From contig CAYJFJ010000001.1 of NCBI GenBank assembly GCA_964369845.1, positions 42,044 through 106,043 of the forward strand: a stretch of 64,000 bases of DNA, written 5' to 3'. The translations under genes were made by a program, and so were the position numbers. The DNA comes from an uncultured Muribaculaceae bacterium (GTDB lineage Bacteria; Bacillota_I; Bacilli_A; RF39; UBA660). Every line of letters begins with the position of its first letter. The stretch's first letter is position 1. The notes below the pieces were generated by a model, which saw only the letters and a program-made list of their open reading frames with translations, searched no databases and had not been told where the DNA came from. Below, one piece after another: positions 9,354 to 19,176 of the stretch.

Positions 9354-10859
9354 ATGAAGAATATAAAATATATAGTAGCTGCACTGTTGTGCATCTTTAT
9401 CTTACCAGGGTCAGTAAATGCTGCAAGTGGTAATATATCAGTAACAAGTTCATCAACGATAGTTCTTGGTAATACGGTAACAGTTACAGTAAAGTTATCA
9501 AGTTCAGTAGCAATTGGATCTTGGGAAATGAATTTATCATATGACAAAAGTTATTTAGAGCTTACTAGTTCAACGGGTGAAGCTGGTGGAGTTGGAATGG
9601 TTAATTCATCAGCAGGAGTTTCAGGAATTACAAGTAAAACATACACATTTAAATTTAGAACTTTAAAAACTGGTTCAACAAAAGTATCAGTATCAAGTTA
9701 TGATGTGTATGCAAATGACTTTACACCAATGACTATTAGTTCATCAAGCAAAACAATAACAATAAAAACGCAAGAAGAAATCGAAGCAAGTTATTCAAAA
9801 GACAATGATTTAAAATCTTTATCAGTAGATGGTTTTGAATTAAATCAAACATTTGACAAAGACATACTTGAATACACAGTAGATGTGCCAGAAGACACAA
9901 AGGAAATAAAAATAAATGCTAGTAAAAATGATTCTACAGCAAGTATTAGTGGAACAGGAACATTTCCGGTTACAAGTGGAACTAATACCTTTGAAATTGT
10001 TGTAAGGGCGCAAAATGGTAGTGAGCAAACATACAAAGTAGTAGTAAATGTAATAGATAAAAATCCAATAAATATTGAAATTGAAGGAAACACTTTATCA
10101 GTGGTTAAAATAAAAGAAGATTTAACAGTTCCAGATTTATATGAAGAAGTAACTATTAAAATAGATTCATATGATATTCCTGCATTTTACAATAAATATT
10201 TAGATTACACATTAGTAGGATTAAAAGATACAAGCGGCAATATATATTTATACATATATGATGAAGAGGTAAACTCTTATGAGTTATATAATGAAATTAA
10301 ATTTTCAAATCTTACAATTATACCAATTAAAAGTGAAGAGCTTTTAGAAGGTTACGAAAAATTTAGCGAGAGTGTAAATGGAGTAGAAAGTGAAGTTTAT
10401 AAGTTAGAAAAAGATTCTAGATATTCAGTATTTTACGGTAAAAATGTAGAAACTGGAGAAGAAGGTTTTTATAAATATGATAATGTAGATAATACACTTA
10501 TGAAGTTTGATGAAGAAGAACATGAAGAATATACACTGTTAAGCCAAAATATGAAATTATATACATATATAATTTTTGGTTTTTCAGGAATGTTTATAAT
10601 ATTATTTATAATTATAATAGTTTTAATAGTTAAAGTTAATAAAAGAAAAGTACAAAACAAAAATATTTCTAAAAAAGAACCTACGAGTAAACCGGTTAAT
10701 AAGCCTGTGAAAGAAGAAGTTAAAGAAGAAATAAAAGAAGATAAAAAAACAAGGGAAGAAAAACCTAAAGAAGAAACAAATAAAAAAGATGCTGAAGAAA
10801 AAGAAGAAACAAATAAAAAAGATTCTGAAGAAAAAGAAGAAGAGTTTGCACAGTTATAG
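9354..10859 (+). CDS. Type-I membrane protein with an N-terminal cohesin-like domain, a cadherin-like beta-sandwich domain, a C-proximal TM helix and a K/E-rich cytoplasmic tail
   Basis: - Signal peptide ending VNA.
- Cohesin-like segment GNISVTSSSTIVLGNTVTVTVKLSSSVAIGSWEMNLSYDKSYLELTSS.
- PF12733-like segment DNDLKSLSVDGFELNQTFDKDILEYTVDVPEDTKEIKINA...TFEIVVRAQNGSEQTYKVVV.
- TM helix LYTYIIFGFSGMFIILFIIIIVLIV.
- Tail with a 33-bp tandem repeat (10770..10835) encoding EETNKKD[A/S]EEK. Confidence 0.55.
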   Translation: MKNIKYIVAALLCIFILPGSVNAASGNISVTSSSTIVLGNTVTVTVKLSSSVAIGSWEMNLSYDKSYLELTSSTGEAGGVGMVNSSAGVSGITSKTYTFKFRTLKTGSTKVSVSSYDVYANDFTPMTISSSSKTITIKTQEEIEASYSKDNDLKSLSVDGFELNQTFDKDILEYTVDVPEDTKEIKINASKNDSTASISGTGTFPVTSGTNTFEIVVRAQNGSEQTYKVVVNVIDKNPINIEIEGNTLSVVKIKEDLTVPDLYEEVTIKIDSYDIPAFYNKYLDYTLVGLKDTSGNIYLYIYDEEVNSYELYNEIKFSNLTIIPIKSEELLEGYEKFSESVNGVESEVYKLEKDSRYSVFYGKNVETGEEGFYKYDNVDNTLMKFDEEEHEEYTLLSQNMKLYTYIIFGFSGMFIILFIIIIVLIVKVNKRKVQNKNISKKEPTSKPVNKPVKEEVKEEIKEDKKTREEKPKEETNKKDAEEKEETNKKDSEEKEEEFAQL

Positions 10860-10906
10860 TCAAATTCTTCTTTTTTATTGAAATAAAAATTCAAATAAAT
10901 TATAAT
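10846..10906 (+). promoter_or_regulatory. Promoter cassette copy 1: conserved 46-nt element plus a consensus sigma-A promoter
   Basis: ttgcacagttatagtcaaattcttcttttttattgaaataaaaa, then TTGAAA (10878-10883), a 17-nt spacer and TATAAT (10901-10906). The cassette overlaps the stop codon of the cohesin-like gene. It lies upstream of the 10926 gene. Confidence 0.6.
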
Positions 10907-10925
10907 AAAGTCAGGAAGTGATAAA

Positions 10926-11702
10926 ATGGCGTTAATAAAGTGTCCAAAGTGTAATAAGGACGTAAGTGATACTATAAAAAAATGTGTACATTGCGATGTT
11001 AATATCAAATCTGAGTTAAATCGCCAAAAAAAAATTAAGTTGAAACTACTAGAAGAAAAAAAAGAAAAAATAGAAGATAAGTTAATAAAAAGAAAAGAAA
11101 AAATAAAAAAGGAAATTAAAAAAGAAATAACAAAAGCGAAGGTGACCAAAGAAAAAAAGACTGTAAAAGTGTTTTTCGATACATTGTTAATTTTATTAAC
11201 GGGAGTATTACTAGGTATTGGTTTAATGTTCAGTTATTACAATTTTTTCTTTAAAGATGGATTTCAACAGAATGATTGTGATGCACAAACTAACTATGAA
11301 TATTTAAATGAAGAAATGAATTACTATGTAGGTGGTATGAAAGAGATTATTAACCCTCATGAAGTGAATTCAATAATTTTTGCAGATAATGAAACATATT
11401 TTATGGATTTGGTGTTGAATACAAGAGATGTTGTTACATTCGAGTATGACATATATTTATATGAAGAACAAGAAGTTGAAATAAGACCTGAAGCAAGCGC
11501 TTTGTGTGGTACTAATGAAAATGATTGTTCAAGCATGATACATTTTGAAATGAAATATAATAGTGTGCAAAATGTTTATGATGATATAAACGGAATTAGA
11601 TATAAACAAACTATAATAGTTAATATAATACCTGATGAAAAATATGCAAACGATAAAGGTTATATCGATATAAAACTTACACTTAGTGCAGATTTATATT
11701 AA
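10926..11702 (+). CDS. Zinc-ribbon (CPxC...CxxC) single-pass membrane protein with an extracytoplasmic domain
   Basis: N-terminus MALIKCPKCNKDVSDTIKKCVHCDV, then a K-rich linker, TM segment TLLILLTGVLLGIGLMF and an extracellular domain of about 150 aa. Confidence 0.55.
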   Translation: MALIKCPKCNKDVSDTIKKCVHCDVNIKSELNRQKKIKLKLLEEKKEKIEDKLIKRKEKIKKEIKKEITKAKVTKEKKTVKVFFDTLLILLTGVLLGIGLMFSYYNFFFKDGFQQNDCDAQTNYEYLNEEMNYYVGGMKEIINPHEVNSIIFADNETYFMDLVLNTRDVVTFEYDIYLYEEQEVEIRPEASALCGTNENDCSSMIHFEMKYNSVQNVYDDINGIRYKQTIIVNIIPDEKYANDKGYIDIKLTLSADLY

Positions 11703-11717
11703 AAAAGAGGAGTAGTT

Positions 11718-13118
11718 ATGAAAAAAGAGTGTCCAGAATGTAAAAAAAATGTAGATTATAATTTGAAAAGATGTTCAAATTGTGGTTTTAAATTACCTAG
11801 AGAAAAAAAATCTTTAAAAGATTATGATTATTCTAAATTGTTAAATAAAAAAATAGGATTTGCTTTTGTGGGTATTGTACTGGTAGTGTTTATATTTAAT
11901 GTAATAAATAATGATAAAAAAGAAATTGAAAACACTGTTAATGAGTATTTTAGTTTAATAAAAGAAGACAAAAATGAGTTAGCGAATAAACTTTTAACTA
12001 ATGAATTATATTTAATAGATAATGCCATGTTCAATGAAGAAAATACTAAGTTATATTTAAGTAAATTAGATGTTAAAGTGACTAATGTAAAAATTGAAGG
12101 AGCTAGAGCTATTGTAGAATTAGAAAGAAAGGCTCCAGATTTATCGTACCTATTTGATAGATTCAAAGAAGAAGTAGACAAAGTTTCGTTAAATAATATG
12201 CCAACAGCAGATGAAGTTTATAATGTAGAGTTAAAGTCGAAAAATTTAGAATATACAACTAAAACATTTGATATTAGTTTAGTGAAAAATAAAAACAACT
12301 GGGAAATTGAAAACAATGAATATCTAACTAATTCAATATTTACAAATATAAGTACGTCTATAAATTTTGACGATGTTATTGATGATAGTGAGCAAGAAAG
12401 TAAAGAAGAAAAGTACTTACAATATGTTCAGTTAGTAAACTATAATTTGGATTATTTTGATAGTTATTCAAGTAACAACGTACCTGGTATATCAGACATA
12501 GAAATAAAAAATAATGGAGACCACGAAATTACTGAAATTAAATTGAAGTTAGAGTTTAAAGATGATAATGGAAAAGTTATTTCTGAAAAAATAATTTCTG
12601 TTATGGATTTATTTACACCAGAAATAAAACCAAATTATAGTTTTAAACAAGAAGAAGATAAATTTTTTGAAGTAGAAAATTTGTCAAGTGAAATTAGTTT
12701 AGAAAATGTGAGTGTGACTGTTCACTCAGTTAAAATAGTTGAATATTTAGGTGAAAAAGAATCGGAAGAAGAAATATATATCAGAGAATATATGGATCTA
12801 CTAGATTATAATGTAAAAATACATACAAAATATAATAATGATAGAATTCCTGGGATAAGTGAAATAGAAATTAAAAACAGGGGAGAAAAAAACTTGAATG
12901 AAGTTACTATAACAGTTTATTTCCAAGATGAAAATTATAATGATATTGCAGAAAATAGTATTCTAGTAATAGGAAATATATATGACTATAATGATGGACT
13001 TAAATCTAATTATAGTTGGAAAATGGATAATGATAAATTTTACGAATTAGAAAATTTATCAGAAGAAGTTTCCCTTAGTAGATACAGAGTAGAAATATCA
13101 GAAATAGAATTTGAATAA
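11718..13118 (+). CDS. Zinc-ribbon single-pass membrane protein whose extracytoplasmic domain is internally duplicated
   Basis: N-terminus MKKECPECKKNVDYNLKRCSNCGF and TM segment IGFAFVGIVLVVFIF. Two homologous modules of about 100 aa: ...VPGISDIEIKNNGDHEITEIKLKLEF... and ...IPGISEIEIKNRGEKNLNEVTITVYF... Confidence 0.55.
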   Translation: MKKECPECKKNVDYNLKRCSNCGFKLPREKKSLKDYDYSKLLNKKIGFAFVGIVLVVFIFNVINNDKKEIENTVNEYFSLIKEDKNELANKLLTNELYLIDNAMFNEENTKLYLSKLDVKVTNVKIEGARAIVELERKAPDLSYLFDRFKEEVDKVSLNNMPTADEVYNVELKSKNLEYTTKTFDISLVKNKNNWEIENNEYLTNSIFTNISTSINFDDVIDDSEQESKEEKYLQYVQLVNYNLDYFDSYSSNNVPGISDIEIKNNGDHEITEIKLKLEFKDDNGKVISEKIISVMDLFTPEIKPNYSFKQEEDKFFEVENLSSEISLENVSVTVHSVKIVEYLGEKESEEEIYIREYMDLLDYNVKIHTKYNNDRIPGISEIEIKNRGEKNLNEVTITVYFQDENYNDIAENSILVIGNIYDYNDGLKSNYSWKMDNDKFYELENLSEEVSLSRYRVEISEIEFE

Positions 13119-13137
13119 ACTGTAAAAATTGAATATT

Positions 13138-13198
13138 TGCACAGTTATAGTCAAATTCTTCTTTTTTATTGAAATAAAAAGTTATTTAAACTATAATA
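13138..13198 (+). promoter_or_regulatory. Promoter cassette copy 2, near-identical to 10846..10906
   Basis: The same 44-nt element is followed by TTGAAA (13170-13175), a 17-nt spacer and TATAAT (13193-13198). It lies upstream of the Wzx-like gene. Confidence 0.6.
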
Positions 13199-13229
13199 AA
13201 TAAAGGGAAACCTTTAGAAAGAAGATAAT

Positions 13230-14645
13230 ATGACGAAGAAAAAAGAACTAGTAAAAAACACAGCTATAATATTTATAGGAAGAATGTTTACACAGTTATT
13301 AACAATATTAATGCTTCCTCTTTACACATCTTACTTAATTACAGCAGAATATGGATATGTAGATTTAGTACTAAGTTATATAACGTTAGTAGTGCCTATA
13401 GTTATTTTACAGCTAGATGCTGGAGTTTTTAGATTTTTAATTAGTAACAGAGGAAAAGAAGAAGAAACAAATAAAGTTATAAGTTCAACAGTTAGTGTGC
13501 TTTTAAAAACTGTATTAACTGCAAGTTTAGTTTATATAGCTTTAATGCAGTTTATTAATATTGACTTTAAGTATTATATATTAGTGTGCGCTATAACTAG
13601 TTTAACTTCAAGTTGTATGCAACAAATTTCTAGAGGTCTTGGTAACAATTTACAATTTTCTATTGCAAGTGTATTAACAGGTATAACAACAATAGGATTA
13701 AATATATATTTTATAGTATTTTTAAATATGGGTGCTTTAGGTATGATTTTAGCACTTACTTTAGCAAATCTTTTATGTACAGTATATTTATTTTTCATAC
13801 TAAAAACTCATAAAAAAATAAAGTTAAAATATATAGATAAAAAAATGACAAAAGATTTATTAAGTTATTCAATGCCACTTATACCAAATAGTATTTCATG
13901 GTGGATTGTAAATATAAGTGATAGAACAATAATAACGGCATTTTTAAGTGTAAGTGCCAATGGTATATACGCTATTGCAAATAAATTTCCATCAATATTA
14001 AATTCTATATTAGGTATATTTTCAATGTCATGGACAGAATCAGCGTCACTTCATATAGATGCAGAAGACAAAGATGAATTTTTTACAGCAACAGTAAATA
14101 CTTCGATTAGATTTTTTGGTTGTATGGCGCTTGGTATAATTACATGTTTACCATTTGTATTTCCAATATTAATTGATAGTGCATATTCTGATGCATACAA
14201 CTATGTTCCAATACTTATTTTAGCAGCACTTTTCAATATGTTTGTAATAAATTACAGTGCAATATATATAGCAAAAAAATTAACAAAGCAAGTAATGTAT
14301 ACTTCAATAGTATCAGCTGCTATTAATATAATACTAAATTTACTTTTTATAAATTTAATAGGTCTGTATGCAGCAAGTATTTCAACTGCAGTATCGTATG
14401 CGTTGATGGCTTTATATAGAGCAAAAGATGTTAAAAAATATGTTAATATAAAGTATGAATATAAATATATATTATTGATATTAATTATGTTTGTAGTTTC
14501 AACAACTATATTTTATTTCAAAATTACAGCACTAGATATTATAAATTTAATAATGGTAGTAATAATTAGTTACTTACTTAATAAAGATATGGCTTTAAAA
14601 GTATTAAATAAATTTTTAAATAAATTTCTAAGAAAGAAAGTGTAA
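13230..14645 (+). CDS. Wzx-type polysaccharide flippase (MOP/PST superfamily)
   Basis: 471 aa with about 12-14 predicted TM helices. Sits within the glycopolymer locus. Confidence 0.7.
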   Translation: MTKKKELVKNTAIIFIGRMFTQLLTILMLPLYTSYLITAEYGYVDLVLSYITLVVPIVILQLDAGVFRFLISNRGKEEETNKVISSTVSVLLKTVLTASLVYIALMQFINIDFKYYILVCAITSLTSSCMQQISRGLGNNLQFSIASVLTGITTIGLNIYFIVFLNMGALGMILALTLANLLCTVYLFFILKTHKKIKLKYIDKKMTKDLLSYSMPLIPNSISWWIVNISDRTIITAFLSVSANGIYAIANKFPSILNSILGIFSMSWTESASLHIDAEDKDEFFTATVNTSIRFFGCMALGIITCLPFVFPILIDSAYSDAYNYVPILILAALFNMFVINYSAIYIAKKLTKQVMYTSIVSAAINIILNLLFINLIGLYAASISTAVSYALMALYRAKDVKKYVNIKYEYKYILLILIMFVVSTTIFYFKITALDIINLIMVVIISYLLNKDMALKVLNKFLNKFLRKKV

Positions 14646-14649
14646 AAAA

Positions 14650-15081
14650 ATGAAAAGGGTTTTATTGATTAGTGTGTTACTTATATATATGGGGATTATT
14701 TTTTATTTTTCACATCAAACAGGAGTTTCTTCACAAAGTAGCAGTGATATTTTAGTAGATGGTTATGTTAATATACTAAATAGTAATTTAGATTTAGAAG
14801 TAGTATCTTTAGTAATAAGAAAATCTGCTCACTTTATATCATTTGGAATTTTAGCAAGTGTAATGTTTTTTACATTAAAAAGTTTTAAAGTAAATATTTT
14901 AAAAAACATAATAATAAGTTTTATATTTACTGCTTTTTATGCTGCAACTGATGAATTTCATCAAACTTTTATAATAGGTAGAAGTGGAGAAGTAAAAGAT
15001 GTATTAATTGATTCAATGGGAGCAATATTTTTCTTACTAGTATTATATTTAATTTACAGGAGAAGATATGATAAATGTTAG
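14650..15081 (+). CDS. VanZ-like family membrane protein
   Basis: 143 aa with four TM segments. Motifs RKSAHFISFGILA and ATDEFHQ (VanZ DExxQ motif). Confidence 0.6.
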   Translation: MKRVLLISVLLIYMGIIFYFSHQTGVSSQSSSDILVDGYVNILNSNLDLEVVSLVIRKSAHFISFGILASVMFFTLKSFKVNILKNIIISFIFTAFYAATDEFHQTFIIGRSGEVKDVLIDSMGAIFFLLVLYLIYRRRYDKC

Positions 15082-16447
15082 TTATTTTAATATGGTAGTG
15101 ACAACACTACTAAGTATATATGCATTTTTCTTATTAAAATCAATAATTCCAATATATTATTTAATTATATTTTTAATTATAGTTTTAATTATACTGGTAG
15201 TAAATTATAAGTTAATACATAAGTATAAGAAAAAAAGATGGATGAGATTACTTCTTATTTTTCCAACAGTAATAATTATAGCCTTAGAGTTTTATGTGTT
15301 AGTTCAGCTAGATAATTTGACTACATTTTTAGATTTCATTACAAATGATCACGTTGAAATAGATAATTTTAATTTATTAACTTTAAAAAGTAATGATGAA
15401 GAAATGGACTCGGGAGATAAAATTGGTATATATGTATCAAAAAAAGAAACATATACAGAAGCAATAAAATCACTATCGAGAAAATACAATCAAACTCTAA
15501 AAATGTATTATTCATACGACGATTTATTTGCAGATTTATATTCAGGAGAAATAAATTATGTTTATGCAAATGAAGGTGAGTGGCAAATAGTAATTTCTAG
15601 TGAAGAAGCAAGATATTTTGATTTAAAAATAATAGATGAATTTGTAGTAGAAACAAAAATAGATGTAGTTCCAAGAGAATTTGATATTACGAGTGAATCA
15701 TTTATAGTATATTTAAGTGGAATAGATAGTTCAGGAGAAATTTTAACAAATACACCAAGTGATTTAAATATGCTTTTAGTAATAAATCCAAATACTAAAG
15801 AAATATTAACAGTAAGTATTCCTCAAAACTATTTTGTACTTTTGCCTACATATAAAGCAAAAGATAAATTAACTAATGTTGGAGTATATGGAATAAATGA
15901 AAGTATGTTAGCAATAGAAAATTTGCTTGATACTGAAATAGATTATTTTTTAAGAGTAAATTTTAGTGGATTAGTTTCGCTAGTTGATACTCTAGGTGGA
16001 ATTGATGTTTATTCAGAATATAGTTTTAAAACAGATAATTATAAATTTAGTACTGGAATAAATCATTTAACTGGCTTAGAAGCTTTAGAATTCAGTAGAG
16101 AAATAGATAGTTTTAGCACAGAAGATAGACAGCGTGTTAAAAATATGCAGGCAGTAGTAGAAGCAGTAGTAAATAAGTTATCATCAAGTTTTGTATATTT
16201 AAATTCATATGATGAAATATTATCATCTCTTGAAGAAAATATAAGTACAAATATGCCAAGTGAAAATATAATAAAATTAATAAACATGCAGCTAAGTGAA
16301 TTAAGTTCGTGGCAAATAGAAAGTTATAGTTTAAATGGATCTGACTCAGGCCAAAGTACATTTTTGACTAATCAAATAAAAGAAGTAATACTTCCAAGTG
16401 TAGATACAATCATTATAGCAAAAGATAAAATAAAAAATGCTTCTTAA
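15068..16447 (+). CDS. Second LCP (LytR-CpsA-Psr) family ligase, membrane-anchored
   Basis: N-terminal TM segments. LCP core LLVINPNTKEILTVSIPQNYF...GINESM...YFLRVNFSGLVSLVDTLGGIDV...GINHLTGLEALEFSR. Confidence 0.75.
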   Translation: MINVSYFNMVVTTLLSIYAFFLLKSIIPIYYLIIFLIIVLIILVVNYKLIHKYKKKRWMRLLLIFPTVIIIALEFYVLVQLDNLTTFLDFITNDHVEIDNFNLLTLKSNDEEMDSGDKIGIYVSKKETYTEAIKSLSRKYNQTLKMYYSYDDLFADLYSGEINYVYANEGEWQIVISSEEARYFDLKIIDEFVVETKIDVVPREFDITSESFIVYLSGIDSSGEILTNTPSDLNMLLVINPNTKEILTVSIPQNYFVLLPTYKAKDKLTNVGVYGINESMLAIENLLDTEIDYFLRVNFSGLVSLVDTLGGIDVYSEYSFKTDNYKFSTGINHLTGLEALEFSREIDSFSTEDRQRVKNMQAVVEAVVNKLSSSFVYLNSYDEILSSLEENISTNMPSENIIKLINMQLSELSSWQIESYSLNGSDSGQSTFLTNQIKEVILPSVDTIIIAKDKIKNAS

Positions 16448-16624
16448 AATTTAATAAAAGATAAATAAGCATATAATATACATTGCAAAGAAATTAATAG
16501 TGTTTATAACATTAACTAAAGTAGATAATATAAGTAATTATGATGTAATTAGTGCATTAGTTACAGATAAAACGGCACTGATCAGAAAAACGAATCATGT
16601 TTTAATGGAATAATTCAGTAAAAT

Positions 16625-16665
16625 AAGCTCTATATTACAAATGTAATATGGAGCTTTTAAAATTG
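16625..16665 (+). terminator. Rho-independent terminator
   Basis: Hairpin AAGCTCtATATTACA-aatg-TGTAATATgGAGCTT followed by TTTTAAAATT. Confidence 0.55.
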
Positions 16666-16743
16666 TAAAGTATTAATAACTTATATATTTTACTTTTTTT
16701 TTACAATTATATAAGTTATAATAACTATAAGGAGTAAAAAAAG

Positions 16744-17805
16744 ATGAATATATTAAACAACGAATCATTAGTTTTGATTTTTATAATAACACTTACATTC
16801 AGTTTTTTATTTACATTTGTAGTTAAAAAATTGGCATTTCATGTGGGGGCACTTGACATGCCAAATGAAAGAAAAGTGCATAAAAAGCCTATGCCTAGAT
16901 TAGGAGGCTTAGCAATATTCTCATCATTTTTACTAGGACTTTTAATACATGGTAATTTATCAGAAGAGATAGTAGCAATTTTAATAGGTGCTTTTATAAT
17001 AGTAATAGTAGGTATTTTTGATGATATAAAACCTGTAAAAGCAAGATATAAAATAATATTTCAAGTAATAGCATCATTTATAGTAATATATTTTGGTAAT
17101 ATATATATTGACGAAATAAGTTTACTAGGTTGGGTTATGACTTTTAATTATTTCTGGTCATTTGTAATATCTATGGCATTTATGCTAGGTATAACAAACT
17201 CAATAAACTTAATAGATGGACTTGATGGACTAGCAGCTGGAGTATCTACAATTTATTTTGGAACGATTTTAGTTATTGCTACAATACTTAATATGTTTGG
17301 AGGATTAGATATATTAATATGTGTAATAATGCTTGGAGCAACACTAGGATTTTTAGTACATAATTTCCCGCCGGCGAAAATATTTATGGGAGACGTAGGA
17401 AGTTTATTTCTAGGTTACATCATTTCAGTAGTAGCACTTTTAGGATTTAAAATTACTACAATAACAACTTTATTTATACCAATTTTAATTTTAGCAATTC
17501 CAATATTCGATACACTTTTAGCAATTTTCAGAAGACTTTTAAATCATAAAAGTTTAGGAGAGGCAGATAAAGAACATTTTCATCATCAATTATTAAAATT
17601 GAAATTTACTAACAAAGCAAGTATTTTAATTATATATGCAATTAATATTATGTTTGCATCAGTTTCAGTATTTTATATACTAGGTGATGGAGAAATAGCA
17701 ATGAGCATTTATATAATATTAATGATATTATTACTATTTGTAGTTTTAAAAACTAACATATTATTTGCAAAAAAAGAAAATAAAATAAAAAAAATCAAAA
17801 AGTGA
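16744..17805 (+). CDS. Polyprenyl-phosphate sugar-1-phosphate transferase (GT4 MraY/WecA/TagO family). Likely the initiating enzyme of the glycopolymer pathway.
   Basis: Polytopic membrane protein with motifs NERKVHKKPMPRLGG, NLIDGLDGLAAG and HNFPPAKIFMGDVGSLFLGY. Confidence 0.8.
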   Translation: MNILNNESLVLIFIITLTFSFLFTFVVKKLAFHVGALDMPNERKVHKKPMPRLGGLAIFSSFLLGLLIHGNLSEEIVAILIGAFIIVIVGIFDDIKPVKARYKIIFQVIASFIVIYFGNIYIDEISLLGWVMTFNYFWSFVISMAFMLGITNSINLIDGLDGLAAGVSTIYFGTILVIATILNMFGGLDILICVIMLGATLGFLVHNFPPAKIFMGDVGSLFLGYIISVVALLGFKITTITTLFIPILILAIPIFDTLLAIFRRLLNHKSLGEADKEHFHHQLLKLKFTNKASILIIYAINIMFASVSVFYILGDGEIAMSIYIILMILLLFVVLKTNILFAKKENKIKKIKK

Positions 17806-18244
17806 AGATACTATGACTAACTATAATTTCATATTTAATGACATAGTTAAGTATGGACAAGAAGTATTATATTCGAAAGAAAAAAATGTGATATTTCCTG
17901 TCTATGAATATTGTGAAAATTCTGAGTTTGAAAAATTTATTTTTGAAAAAGAATTTGAAGCAAAAGAAAGAGAGTAATATTACAAATGGAAAATGCAGTT
18001 ATGTCAAAAGAAGATAAAGAACTACAAACATTTGAAGAATATGAGCAAAAAGAAAAATTAAAACATGAAGATAGTAGTTATACAAGAAAAAGAGTTTAAA
18101 TAATTAATCCATTAATAAAAATGGGTTTTTATTTTGATAAAAAAATATTTTTTTATTGAAAAACAAAAATAAATTTAGTATTATTTATATATGTAGTCAA
18201 ATATAGTTAGTTTATTTGATTATAAATATATACGAGGGTGGAAA

Positions 18245-18562
18245 ATGGAGAAAGTAGTAAAGTTATTGTATTTAAGAAATGAAGCTAAAGAAAATTTAGT
18301 AGAAATGAAAAAAATGCAAAACGAAGGATATTTAAATATATTTTCTTTTGATATAAAGAATTTTAATTTAAGTGATAGTCCTTCAGAAGCTGAGTTATTA
18401 ACAGTAGAGTATATAGTTAATAAATTAGTAAGTTATAATCCTGATTTTATTTATAGAGCAGGAGAGATGATTGAAGTAAATAAAGAAACTATTAAAAGCG
18501 ATATTTTATGGTCAATTTATTTAGAAAGAAATCAAAATATTAATTCAGGGAAGGAAAGATAA
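18245..18562 (+). CDS. Hypothetical protein of 105 aa
   Basis: ORF with no recognisable motif, immediately upstream of rfbC. Confidence 0.35.
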   Translation: MEKVVKLLYLRNEAKENLVEMKKMQNEGYLNIFSFDIKNFNLSDSPSEAELLTVEYIVNKLVSYNPDFIYRAGEMIEVNKETIKSDILWSIYLERNQNINSGKER

Positions 18563-18566
18563 AAAA

Positions 18567-19175
18567 ATGAATGTAATAGAAACAGGTTTAAAAGATTGTT
18601 ATATAATAGAACCAAAAGTATTTGGAGACCATAGAGGGTACTTTATGGAAACATATAATGAAAAAACGTTAAAAGAAAATAATTTAAAATATCATTTCGT
18701 ACAAGGAAATGAATCATTTACAGAAAAAAAAGGAACATTTAGAGGTTTACATTTTCAAAAAGATCCTCATTCACAAGCTAAACTTGTAAGAGCTACTAGT
18801 GGTGAGGCTATGGTAATAATAGTAGACTTAAGAAAAGATAGTCCAACATATAAAGGTGTAAAAAAAGTAGTAGTTACTGCTGAAAATAAAAGACAAGTAA
18901 TTGTACCTAGAGGATTTGCTCACGGATTTTTAACATTAACAGATAATGTAACATATTCTTATCAAGTTGATAATGCATATAACTATGAAGCTGACAGTGG
19001 TATAAATGTTAATTCTGAAGAGTTAGATTTAGGTTTTGATTTTGAAAATCTAATATTATCAGAAAAAGATATAAATTCACAATCACTAAAAGATTATGAT
19101 GAAAACTATTATGGATTTACTATGGGAAGTGTATATCCAGTATCTACAGCATGTTATGTAAGAGCGAGAAAATAA
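18567..19175 (+). CDS. rfbC: dTDP-4-dehydrorhamnose 3,5-epimerase
   Basis: Segments [40 protein letters not shown] and GFAHGFLTL (RmlC cupin). Confidence 0.8.
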   Translation: MNVIETGLKDCYIIEPKVFGDHRGYFMETYNEKTLKENNLKYHFVQGNESFTEKKGTFRGLHFQKDPHSQAKLVRATSGEAMVIIVDLRKDSPTYKGVKKVVVTAENKRQVIVPRGFAHGFLTLTDNVTYSYQVDNAYNYEADSGINVNSEELDLGFDFENLILSEKDINSQSLKDYDENYYGFTMGSVYPVSTACYVRARK

Positions 19176-19176
19176 G

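Noticed and set aside
9233-11149. Minus-strand ORFs 9233..9547, 9840..10028, 9845..10093 and 10469..11149
   Set aside because: They overlap the dockerin, cohesin and zinc-ribbon genes on the opposite strand. Their hydrophobic, low-complexity translations come from the K/E-rich repeat DNA.
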